A stretch of DNA of 55,874 nt from an uncultured Gammaproteobacteria bacterium (lineage in GTDB: Bacteria > Patescibacteriota > Patescibacteriia > Buchananbacterales > UBA6539), in NCBI GenBank assembly GCA_964470025.1, contig CAYXZR010000003.1:1-55874 (forward strand), read 5' to 3'. A model generated the notes under the pieces. It did not search any database. It was not told the DNA's origin and saw only the letters and a program-made list of their open reading frames with translations. Shown here in pieces: positions 45,336 through 53,197 of this stretch. The first letter of the stretch is position 1, and every line of letters begins with the position of its first letter. A program made the translations under genes and the position numbers.

Positions 45336-46183
45336 TAGGCTGCGTCCTCAAACTGTTTACAATGCTCTTTACATAAGTCTTGCAAGGTTTTTTGATATGC
45401 AGGAAAGCCGTTTAGTGCACCAAGATACTTGCGGTATACATCATTAACTTCTGCTCGATTTTTTGATTTAAGGATTAGCTGCTCAGCTTCTTGCAATATT
45501 TGGCTTGCAGTTTCTTGATCCATTTCTAAACCAAGATCATTATCTTGAGAAACCTGTTTTACTGGCTCTTGTTGTTGATTGCTTGAAAGCAACTGACTTA
45601 AACCCTTGGCGGTAGAAGCTGTGTTTTGCGAGCCCGTTGGAGCAGGGTTTATTTCTCGCTCAACTGGCATATCTTCAGCTTCTTCACGGGTGATAAGCCC
45701 AGCCAAAGCATCCGCAAATTGATTACGCAATGCAAAACCACGTGCCCGCATAGTCAGCATTCGTTTAGGGTATTGTGACCACGGTCCTTGCTTCCCCCAC
45801 AACCCAGCTTTTTGCGCATCAACTTGACTAAATGTTTGCGTGTGCTTCTCACCACCTTTGCGCCAAACAACGCATGTCGCAGTCATGGTGGATTCATCAA
45901 AACTTTCTGATATACCACCGAAAGCAGGGTGATTTTGCACAAGCGCCATTAAAGCATCACCGTAAATTGAGGGGCGTCCGTTAATTACGGCGATATTTTG
46001 GATAGACTGCAAGGGGTTTAGGCCAAGCTCATTACCCATCATCATGGCGACCAGTGTATCTTCTGGTTTACGTTGGTAATTTTTAGGTGCAAGCTGCGAA
46101 TTACATATCATTGTTGCCAACTGCATCGCCTCGCCCATGTCTTTAGGCTGCAAATCAAAGCCCGACTTAGTTAAATTGCCCAT
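45335..46183 (-). CDS. recT: RecT-family single-strand annealing recombinase
   Basis: MQLATMICNSQLAPKNYQRKPEDTLVAMMMGNELGLNPLQSIQNIAVINGRPSIYGDAL. Confidence 0.85.
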   Translation of the reverse strand: MGNLTKSGFDLQPKDMGEAMQLATMICNSQLAPKNYQRKPEDTLVAMMMGNELGLNPLQSIQNIAVINGRPSIYGDALMALVQNHPAFGGISESFDESTMTATCVVWRKGGEKHTQTFSQVDAQKAGLWGKQGPWSQYPKRMLTMRARGFALRNQFADALAGLITREEAEDMPVEREINPAPTGSQNTASTAKGLSQLLSSNQQQEPVKQVSQDNDLGLEMDQETASQILQEAEQLILKSKNRAEVNDVYRKYLGALNGFPAYQKTLQDLCKEHCKQFEDAA

Positions 46184-46184
46184 A

Positions 46185-47051
46185 TTAAGCCACCTCTGCT
46201 AATTTAAGTTCTGAACGCTTGCGCGCATAAGGAGGGCGCGAGATAGTTTCAATTTCATGCCAGTCATTTTGCTGCAAACGCTCAGCGTATTTATTCAAGC
46301 TAATTCGGAATTCGGCCGCACCGTCTTGCTTGTCAATTTCATCGAGCATAAAAACGCGAACTGGATAGCGACCGCATTCAAGAGAAGTGCTAACAACCAA
46401 AAACACAAACATAGGTTTAACACCGTAGTGTTGCTCATAACCATGCGTGTAATACGCATCTTGTTTGTGATAGTTGTATTCATCAATGCTGCCAGCGAAT
46501 GACTTGAAGCTACCTTCAATATCTCCGCAAGTTTTAACATCTAAAATGATGTGATTATCAGAGTTGTGCCAATCAGGGCGAATTTTGCACATTTCACCTG
46601 TTTCGGCATCTTTCCAAAATATAGAAGCCTCAGCCACACCACCTAAACCAAGAATTGCAGATGCGTCAGGATGCGCCATAACGCTACCAACCATTAATTT
46701 GATTTTTCGCGCTTCATCATGCGTCACAATCACTTTGCCTTTAGCTTGTTCTGCGAACTCAGCAGCTTTAGCTTTGCCTTCTTTGGTGCGGCGATCTAGC
46801 TTAGGCTCAGTAATATACTCTTGCTCGTAACGCTCAGGCTCAAGTAATGCACAGTGAAAAGCTTTGCCAAAATCCAAAGCATCGGCATTTTCTTCATCGA
46901 CTGGCGCGTTTTTCTGCCAAATCGCCAAAGCCGCTGATTTATCAACCAAGTCTAAGGTTGATTTACTGATAGCTTTAGATGCGTGATAGTCATCATCACT
47001 CACACCAAAATAAATGCCCGGTTGCGGGTTAGAAATGTTAAATTCACTCAT
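46185..47051 (-). CDS. RecE-type PD-(D/E)XK exonuclease (DUF3799-like), partner of RecT
   Basis: ...GKAFHCALLEPERY..., ...ILDVKTCGD... Adjacent to recT. Confidence 0.65.
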   Translation of the reverse strand: MSEFNISNPQPGIYFGVSDDDYHASKAISKSTLDLVDKSAALAIWQKNAPVDEENADALDFGKAFHCALLEPERYEQEYITEPKLDRRTKEGKAKAAEFAEQAKGKVIVTHDEARKIKLMVGSVMAHPDASAILGLGGVAEASIFWKDAETGEMCKIRPDWHNSDNHIILDVKTCGDIEGSFKSFAGSIDEYNYHKQDAYYTHGYEQHYGVKPMFVFLVVSTSLECGRYPVRVFMLDEIDKQDGAAEFRISLNKYAERLQQNDWHEIETISRPPYARKRSELKLAEVA

Positions 47052-47055
47052 ACTG

Positions 47056-47328
47056 CTAGATCCTCGTTTTTTTGTTTAATTCGTTGTACTTCTCAACAAC
47101 GGGTAAAATTTGTTTCAACTCTTCAAGAGAATGTTCGATGTCGAATGGACAGATATAAACCGACATACCAACCACTTTGTTGTGTTTGTTATGCGTATCA
47201 AATACTGATAAATCGACTGTGCCACGTGATAACTGGCAGCTGATTGAATATCGGCTTGTTGAACGATAAGGCTGTGAAGCCAAAGTGATAGCAACAATTT
47301 TCTGTGCCACTTGCTCTAATGAACTCAT
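47056..47328 (-). CDS. Hypothetical protein (90 aa)
   Basis: ORF track. 4-nt overlap with the upstream gene. Confidence 0.65.
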   Translation of the reverse strand: MSSLEQVAQKIVAITLASQPYRSTSRYSISCQLSRGTVDLSVFDTHNKHNKVVGMSVYICPFDIEHSLEELKQILPVVEKYNELNKKTRI

Positions 47329-47618
47329 GCCGCTGCCCTCGCGTCTTGAATTTCTAAATCAAGCAACTCACCGATAACACTCAGGCGGTACAATGCTTCT
47401 GTCGCTTTCAAATCAACTTGAGATTCAATGATTGTTCTGTGGGTCGTTAAGCTTGTATTGCAAACAAACTTAAACTTGAATGTGTCACCTTTGATGCGCG
47501 TAACAATTCGATAAGGCGCCTCAATTAATCGCTTCTTCGCAACAATTGCATCAATCGCTTTATTAATTAAAGCTTGCTCGCTTTCATAACCTTCGTTAAC
47601 ATTTATGCAGGTATTCAT
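47325..47618 (-). CDS. Hypothetical protein (97 aa)
   Basis: CGAGGATCT SD motif upstream. Ends ...ARAAA. Confidence 0.7.
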   Translation of the reverse strand: MNTCINVNEGYESEQALINKAIDAIVAKKRLIEAPYRIVTRIKGDTFKFKFVCNTSLTTHRTIIESQVDLKATEALYRLSVIGELLDLEIQDARAAA

Positions 47619-47661
47619 GAATTAGATCCTCGTGCTTGCCTAAACTTGTATGGGTGAGCGG

Positions 47662-47955
47662 CTACTCGCCCATACTCCCTACTTTCCTTTCCAACGCTTC
47701 GTGAACTTTTTTTAATACCTGTTCACCGAGGTATTGTGTAAATCTTGAATCAACTGAGCCATCAGCGTCATAGCAAAAACCAATATCTGAATTAATGCTC
47801 TCAACATCGTCAGCACTCAAAACACCAACAAAATCAAACGCATCATCACCAATTAATTCTTCGATTAACTCGCTTGTTTCTTTTGGTTCTTCACCGTTAT
47901 ATATTGGACAACGAGGGTCGTGTGCATAACTGCGTATGTCGTCTGGGTAGTTCAT
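47662..47955 (-). CDS. Acidic first gene of the early-left operon (97 aa from ATG 47955)
   Basis: 23 D/E versus 8 K/R counted by hand. First ORF downstream of the PL-like promoter. Confidence 0.65.
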   Translation of the reverse strand: MNYPDDIRSYAHDPRCPIYNGEEPKETSELIEELIGDDAFDFVGVLSADDVESINSDIGFCYDADGSVDSRFTQYLGEQVLKKVHEALERKVGSMGE

Positions 47956-47988
47956 GTGCTTAACCAATTTAAATATTCAATATAGGTA

Positions 47989-48030
47989 TTTATAAGTTAA
48001 CTTATAATCAATGTCAACAAGTTTACTTAT
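47989..48030 (-). promoter_or_regulatory. PL-like promoter with two operators
   Basis: Minus strand: TTGACA (48012..48017)-17 nt-TATAAA (47989..47994). Perfect 16-bp palindrome TATAAGTTAACTTATA at 47991..48006. Second site ACAAGTTTACTTAT at 48017..48030. Confidence 0.65.
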
Positions 48031-48046
48031 ATTTATAAATTTATTT

Positions 48047-48589
48047 ATGAAAAACTTATTTTTGCTTTGCCTTATTTTTTCTTTAAAAGCTTTTTCCGCA
48101 GAGGAATACGAACGAGGTCTATATGGTGGTTGGATAGATTCAGATAGAGATTGCCAAGACACGCGGCAGGAAGTATTGATTGAGGAAAGCTTGGAACTAG
48201 TGGTACTTGATGAGTCAGGTTGCAAAGTGCTATCTGGCCGTTGGTACTGTCCTTATACAAATCGATATTTCACCAATCCAAGGCAATTAGATATTGATCA
48301 TTTAGTACCACTAGCGGAAGCACACAGGAGTGGCGCAGGTACTTGGGATAGAGAAAAGCGAAAATCTTACGCGAATGATTTGGATAATAAAAACGCCTTA
48401 ATTGCGGTGCATCTAGGCGCAAATCGTAGCAAAGGTGATAAAGATCCAACTGATTGGATGCCAGAAAATAAAGAGTATTGGTGCGAATATATTAAGAATT
48501 GGTTGGAGGTTAAAAATAAATGGGAGCTTACTTATTCAGTTGAAGAACAATCAAAAATTAAAAGCATCAATCTCGAATGCTACCAATAG
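48047..48589 (+). CDS. Exported DUF1524/HNH (His-Me finger) nuclease (180 aa)
   Basis: Signal peptide MKNLFLLCLIFSLKAFS|AEE. Y.RGLYGGWIDSDRDCQDTRQEVL...LDIDHLVPLAEAHRSGA...NDLDN..ALIAVHLGANRSKGDKDPTDW. Confidence 0.8.
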   Translation: MKNLFLLCLIFSLKAFSAEEYERGLYGGWIDSDRDCQDTRQEVLIEESLELVVLDESGCKVLSGRWYCPYTNRYFTNPRQLDIDHLVPLAEAHRSGAGTWDREKRKSYANDLDNKNALIAVHLGANRSKGDKDPTDWMPENKEYWCEYIKNWLEVKNKWELTYSVEEQSKIKSINLECYQ

Positions 48590-48616
48590 GAAAACTTAGA
48601 TAAAATTTCCTATTGG
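48583..48616. terminator. 11-bp perfect hairpin between convergent genes
   Basis: CCAATAGGAAA-12 nt-TTTCCTATTGG, spanning the nuclease stop codon. No clear U-tract. Confidence 0.35.
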
Positions 48617-48647
48617 TTAACGCCAATTAAAATCGCAATATTTAAAT

Positions 48648-49193
48648 TCAAGTTGTTTCTTTAAGTTTTAATTTTAAAGTTTTTACGAACAGTCCAATAG
48701 CTCGCTTGGTGGTTAGTTGCAGAATTTCAACGTTCTTAACTGGTGTAGCTAATATAGGGCCAATACACCAATAAATCTTTATAAATAGGCGTCCAATTTT
48801 TGATTTCGTCAAATAACGATCCCTATAATATCGAAGAAACATCACGTCAGGGTGATTAGGGTCGCCATAAGCAGCAGAGGCGACAAAGCAAGTTGCACCA
48901 GTTTTGCTTTCTATTTTCAACTCTCCTGCCCCTGTTTTTATAGTATTTTTCATGGAGTGGCGGGTTGTTCTACTCTCTCGATTCAGCTGATTAAATGAAT
49001 CAATGTGATCTTCAACAACCTTTCGCCCAGTAATGTAATCTTGGTTCTGTTGAGCGGCTTTATTTTCTATTTCAACCTTGCCTTCCAAAGATTTTACCAA
49101 AATGGCTTCTAACTTCTCTTTAGGCAAATTAGAAACAGCTTGTTCCAATGAGTTAACTTGATTATTAACCTTGCTTATTTCACCTTTACTCAT
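48648..49193 (-). CDS. cI-operon gene 3: coiled-coil protein with CFVASAAYG...LRYYRDRYL C-terminal domain (181 aa)
   Basis: ATG 49193 overlaps the upstream stop as ATGA. GGGAGGGAG SD. The C-terminus resembles the CFI-box-type motif (CFIATAAYG) from memory. Confidence 0.75.
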   Translation of the reverse strand: MSKGEISKVNNQVNSLEQAVSNLPKEKLEAILVKSLEGKVEIENKAAQQNQDYITGRKVVEDHIDSFNQLNRESRTTRHSMKNTIKTGAGELKIESKTGATCFVASAAYGDPNHPDVMFLRYYRDRYLTKSKIGRLFIKIYWCIGPILATPVKNVEILQLTTKRAIGLFVKTLKLKLKETT

Positions 49194-49879
49194 ACTCCCT
49201 CCCACAGTCTACGCCAAAAAGATTTTCTCGTAGAAATGAATTTAAAATTGAAATTTACATCCGCTACATTAATCGTGAAAGAAGTTGCCTCAAAATCACT
49301 TTTCAACCCTCCATTAATGGCCAAACCAAGCTCTTGAGTAGCAATTCTATAAGTGCGTAGATTGCTTTCTTTGATTAAATTTATAATGCTATTTTGTATT
49401 ACAGTTGAGTCATCATGGAACAGCCAGTTAGCTGCCTTCAATATATCTTCAGGAATACCTATTGAGTGTTCGGATACCAAGCGCATTTCTTCACAAGCTT
49501 TATAATAGTCACTTTGAGCTTCATCCCTAGCAATTTCAATTTCTCTAAAATCTTTTGAGTCAATCCCTTTTAAAACCAATTGCTTAATAAGATCATATTT
49601 AACATCTAGCTCCATATGCACAGGAACGAAGGAAATTAGCCTCTCCAATGTTTGGCCGGCCAATCTTACCTTTCCACTTTTCCACTTCGGGTATGTTTTT
49701 TGAGCATACTTTTGTGCGCTCTCTCCAAATTCCGCACCATAACTATCAAAAACAAAAGACAACCTGTCTTCTGGTAAATTTAAAAAATATTCCTTTATGG
49801 TGTCCATCCCATTACCAAAAATTCTGTATATTGAAGTTATTTTAGAATGGTTGTATTTCCAATAATAAGACACATGCAA
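49190..49879 (-). CDS. cI-operon gene 2: hypothetical protein (229 aa)
   Basis: Starts 17 nt after the cI stop behind a GGGGG SD. No motif recognised. Confidence 0.75.
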   Translation of the reverse strand: MHVSYYWKYNHSKITSIYRIFGNGMDTIKEYFLNLPEDRLSFVFDSYGAEFGESAQKYAQKTYPKWKSGKVRLAGQTLERLISFVPVHMELDVKYDLIKQLVLKGIDSKDFREIEIARDEAQSDYYKACEEMRLVSEHSIGIPEDILKAANWLFHDDSTVIQNSIINLIKESNLRTYRIATQELGLAINGGLKSDFEATSFTINVADVNFNFKFISTRKSFWRRLWEGV

Positions 49880-49896
49880 CCCCCTGCCCGTATAGC

Positions 49897-50598
49897 TTAA
49901 AAGTGAAAAGCGGCAGACCAGAACACCTTGCCGATCACCTTAATATCGTTTAAATCTTCCCCTTTGTATGTCTCATCGGGGTATTCATCACTATTAAAAC
50001 TTCTAACTCGTAACCCGCCAGGTATACGATGTAATATTTTTACACGCAACATGCCACCATGATCAATGGCATACATTTTCCCATCTACAATATTGGTTTG
50101 GCTTGTATCAATCCCCACTGTAGCCCCATCATAAAGAACAGGCTGCATGCTATCGCCTTTAATTTGAACGCATGCGGCATTGTTAGGATCCACATTTGCC
50201 TTGCGTAATGATGATTTAGAAAATCTAAGCTTAAATCCATTATCCTCTCGTACCACTTCGCTACCAATTCCTGCGCTTAATTCAACTTCTGTAAAAAACG
50301 GTAACTCAACATCTTCAGCATGTAATGGCGTCTTACTATCCCAAGTCTCAAAAGTACCTACACTATATTCGCTGCTCTGGTCTGCAACTTTGTTAGATGC
50401 AGTTCCAGTTAATAAATAATCAACAGAAACACCAAGTATTTTCGCGGCAGTATTCAGGTTGCTGCCTCTTGGTTCCGTTGAGCCCTTTTCCCAAAGTGCG
50501 ACAGATGCTTGGGATATACCCAATTTCTTCGCAAACGCGACCTGTGTTAGCCCCGCTTTTTTTCGGGCAATTATTAGTCTTTCGGCAAGTGTTTTCAT
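49897..50598 (-). CDS. cI: cI-type repressor (HTH_XRE + S24/LexA-like autopeptidase), 233 aa from ATG 50598
   Basis: HTH LTQVAFAKKLGISQASVALWEKG. Ala-Gly cleavage-type site ELSAGIG. Catalytic GDSMQP and downstream Lys (LRVK). Confidence 0.9.
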   Translation of the reverse strand: MKTLAERLIIARKKAGLTQVAFAKKLGISQASVALWEKGSTEPRGSNLNTAAKILGVSVDYLLTGTASNKVADQSSEYSVGTFETWDSKTPLHAEDVELPFFTEVELSAGIGSEVVREDNGFKLRFSKSSLRKANVDPNNAACVQIKGDSMQPVLYDGATVGIDTSQTNIVDGKMYAIDHGGMLRVKILHRIPGGLRVRSFNSDEYPDETYKGEDLNDIKVIGKVFWSAAFHF

Positions 50599-50690
50599 GT
50601 TTTGCAATTTACCACTAAGTAAAATAAGTTTACTTATCAAATAAACTTATATATGCTTATATTTATCTATATTAAAACAGGTTTACCTAT
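50599..50690. promoter_or_regulatory. cI/cro divergent control region (OR-like)
   Basis: ATAAGTTTACTTAT at 50624..50637 (both half-sites perfect). Partial sites at 50637..50650 and 50677..50690. AT-rich with several -10-like hexamers. Confidence 0.65.
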
Positions 50691-50882
50691 ATGAAAAAGC
50701 GAGACGCTATTTCCCACTTCGGTACTCAAAAAAAATTAGCCGATGCCCTTGGTATATCTCAGCCAGCGGTTGCTCTATGGGGCGATGACGTTCCGCAACT
50801 TCAAGCTTATCGACTAGAAAAGTTAACCCAAGGCAAATTAAAAGCAGATGAAGACCTAGCCAGTCCGAATCAAGCTGCCTAA
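50691..50882 (+). CDS. cro: Cro/YdaS-like HTH regulator (63 aa)
   Basis: GTQKKLADALGISQPAVALWG. Divergent from cI. Confidence 0.8.
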   Translation: MKKRDAISHFGTQKKLADALGISQPAVALWGDDVPQLQAYRLEKLTQGKLKADEDLASPNQAA

Positions 50883-50910
50883 CCAATTTCCAACAACACG
50901 AGGATCTAAT

Positions 50911-51141
50911 ATGTACAGAGACCCCAAGCTAAGACGAAATATCGACATCAAGGTTAGATTCGACTCATACGAGTACGAACTAATCGAGGCGCTAACAGAC
51001 TTTAGTGGTCGCCAACAAGCCGAATTCCTGCACGAGATTGTCGCTAATGGTATTCAGCAGTACAAAGCAAAGGTTGAAGCACAACTCCCATCAGTGCAAC
51101 TACCAGAACCAAAGAAACTTGCCGCCAAGATAGCGGTATAA
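50911..51141 (+). CDS. Hypothetical protein (76 aa), possible ribbon-helix-helix
   Basis: CGAGGATCT SD upstream. IKVRFDSYEYELIEAL pattern. Sits in the cII position. Confidence 0.65.
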   Translation: MYRDPKLRRNIDIKVRFDSYEYELIEALTDFSGRQQAEFLHEIVANGIQQYKAKVEAQLPSVQLPEPKKLAAKIAV

Positions 51142-51161
51142 CCAATTTAAAGGGGCGCAAA

Positions 51162-51347
51162 ATGGTCACAGTCAATGAAGATCAATACAGAACACTGAGC
51201 GAAATAGCTCACGTTACAGGCAATAGCGTAGAAACGGTTGTTAAGTTAATGGTTACAGACCACCTTAACAACGCCAGCGGTAAACGTCCAAACAACGTAT
51301 GCCGACTAGATGACTACCGACAACCAGAGCCGGAGCCAGCAGCATAA
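51162..51347 (+). CDS. Hypothetical protein (61 aa)
   Basis: AGGGG SD. Ends ...EPAA with TAATG coupling. Confidence 0.65.
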   Translation: MVTVNEDQYRTLSEIAHVTGNSVETVVKLMVTDHLNNASGKRPNNVCRLDDYRQPEPEPAA

Positions 51348-51742
51348 TGGAATTGGAAGTTTCGGATAAGCAGCAGTGCGTCATTGACGCACTTCTCTAC
51401 AAAGGTAAGGGCGCAACGTTCAAGCGAACGCTGGAAGAAATAACTAAAGCTTGCAACTTTATGTCTGCAACTCAAGCGGCTTCTGTGTTGGGCTCGTTAA
51501 AGCGCGAAGGCGTAACTGTAAAGCTAGGTCAGAAGTGGCAACTAACATCGCAATACTTAGCTTCACTTAAAGAAGAACAACCGCAAGTCGAAGAATGCGC
51601 CCCTCAAAAAGTGACAGAAGATCACGTCATAGACACAACACTCAAAATACAGGTGTTGCAAAAGCTATCTGACATTGTTTCTGACGACATTGCTGAAGTT
51701 CTTGATTCCATCATAGTGCAAGACTTAAAAGGCGCAGCTTAA
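51347..51742 (+). CDS. Hypothetical protein (131 aa)
   Basis: ORF track. Ends ...KGAA. Confidence 0.7.
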   Translation: MELEVSDKQQCVIDALLYKGKGATFKRTLEEITKACNFMSATQAASVLGSLKREGVTVKLGQKWQLTSQYLASLKEEQPQVEECAPQKVTEDHVIDTTLKIQVLQKLSDIVSDDIAEVLDSIIVQDLKGAA

Positions 51743-51744
51743 CC

Positions 51745-52533
51745 GTGTATCACGCTGAATACGACATGCTATTCGATGTAGATGATTTATCAATAACACC
51801 ATCTGAAAGGATGGTGTATTTGCTATTGCGTAGATGGATGGATAACAACACTTGCATTACAGGCATTAAGCGAGGCGTGAACTATCGTTATTTAATCGAA
51901 CACACCGAGTATAAGCCCAAGATTGGCAGTAAAAACCCACCAGTAAGGTTGAGCGTGGGGCAAATTAAACGAATTATCAAATCTCTTGTAGATCGCGGCT
52001 GGATATTACCACTACACGACACCAGCAACATCAAATCTCAAATGATTTTTAAGATGGTTGTGGCCGAACTAGAAAAAAACCGTATCCGTGAGGAGCGACA
52101 CAACAGCGACACGAGAGCTTCGACACTAGAAAACACACCTACACACACTGAAAATACTAGCGTTAACATTATAGCAACAGCACAACAGCGACACGAGAGC
52201 AGCGACACACCTCTAACTAATCTAAATAACTACTCTCTCTATAGCGCGGATGAAATTTTTCTAAACCAAGAATTGATCAACATCAGCAAAAGCGTTGGCT
52301 ATGAATCAAACGCTGATTTATTGGCAACAGAATTGGTTATTTTCCAAAACCACTCAAACAACAGAAACAAATCACAAACCTTAAATGACTGGAAAGCGGA
52401 CTGGACTAGATGGTGCGCCCAAGGCAAAAAGTTTAAGCGAGGATCTACAAATGCAACCAATCAACAATCTGATGAACGCGAAAAGATTTCAAGACAGCTC
52501 AGCGATCCAGAATACGCAATGCAAAACTTCTGA
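51745..52533 (+). CDS. Replication initiator/organiser (lambda O-like architecture), 262 aa
   Basis: N-terminal winged-helix-like region, central iteron-containing linker, C-terminal domain. Directly upstream of the P-like gene. Start uncertain (GTG 51745 or ATG 51766). Confidence 0.55.
   Translation: MYHAEYDMLFDVDDLSITPSERMVYLLLRRWMDNNTCITGIKRGVNYRYLIEHTEYKPKIGSKNPPVRLSVGQIKRIIKSLVDRGWILPLHDTSNIKSQMIFKMVVAELEKNRIREERHNSDTRASTLENTPTHTENTSVNIIATAQQRHESSDTPLTNLNNYSLYSADEIFLNQELINISKSVGYESNADLLATELVIFQNHSNNRNKSQTLNDWKADWTRWCAQGKKFKRGSTNATNQQSDEREKISRQLSDPEYAMQNF
52095..52208. repeat. Iteron-like repeats inside the O-like gene (origin candidate)
   Basis: CACAACAGCGACACGAGAGC at 52099..52118 and 52181..52200. 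(G/T)CGACAC x5. AT-rich stretch follows. Confidence 0.6.
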
Positions 52534-53197
52534 CAAATTTGAAGAACATGGCAAAGCGCTAACCGTGTTGTTTTTCAGTCGCTTAAAAACCGTCTACGGT
52601 CGCAAGTATGACATGCAATTCAAAAACGAAAGCGAAGTTAGGTTTGCCAGACGCGAGTGGTACAGCGAGATAGCCAAGCTTACAGTTGAATCAATTAACA
52701 ATGGTTTTGAAAAACTAAAACAAAAGCTATTGGATGAAAGCCCTGATTACAACTGGCCTGACGTATCCAAGATCATTGCCTTGTGCAAACCAACAGCTGA
52801 AGAACTTGGCTTACCAAGCCTTGATCAAACCATTGCTGAGATTGTTAAGCGCTATGGCCGTTATCGCACAGAAGAATTTGAGTACAGTCACCGTCTTGTT
52901 GAGCTGGTTGCAAGCGACTGTGGTTATTTTGTCACACGCGAATCGTCAGAGAAATTTGAAAGACGCGCAAGAGTTTCGCATACCAAGTGGGTTAAAAAAG
53001 CTCAGGAAAGCGGCCTACCAGCCAAAATTCCAGCTTTAGAGCTAAAAGTCGAACAAACACCCGTCTTTGAAAATAAAACCGCTGTAAATCCGTTTCAGGC
53101 GCGAATTGACGCATTAAGACAGAAAGCGAAAGACGAACACACGGCAAGTATTAAATTGACTGACGAAAAGATTGTTTCTAGCCGAGGTGCTGCGTAA
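52451..53197 (+). CDS. Replication protein P-like helicase loader (248 aa from ATG 52451)
   Basis: Colinear resemblance to lambda P from memory (FSRL...EVRFARREW...PDVSKIIALC...GLPSLDQTIAEIVKRYG). GAGGA SD before 52451. Confidence 0.55.
   Translation: MQPINNLMNAKRFQDSSAIQNTQCKTSDKFEEHGKALTVLFFSRLKTVYGRKYDMQFKNESEVRFARREWYSEIAKLTVESINNGFEKLKQKLLDESPDYNWPDVSKIIALCKPTAEELGLPSLDQTIAEIVKRYGRYRTEEFEYSHRLVELVASDCGYFVTRESSEKFERRARVSHTKWVKKAQESGLPAKIPALELKVEQTPVFENKTAVNPFQARIDALRQKAKDEHTASIKLTDEKIVSSRGAA

Noticed and set aside
47650-47673. 9-bp GC-rich hairpin (ATGGGTGAG..CTCGCCCAT) after the first early-left gene, as a nut/boxB-like or terminator element
   Set aside because: It has no U-tract, no boxA/boxB-like sequence and no N-like gene. 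It could be RNA-stability structure, and the evidence is insufficient.
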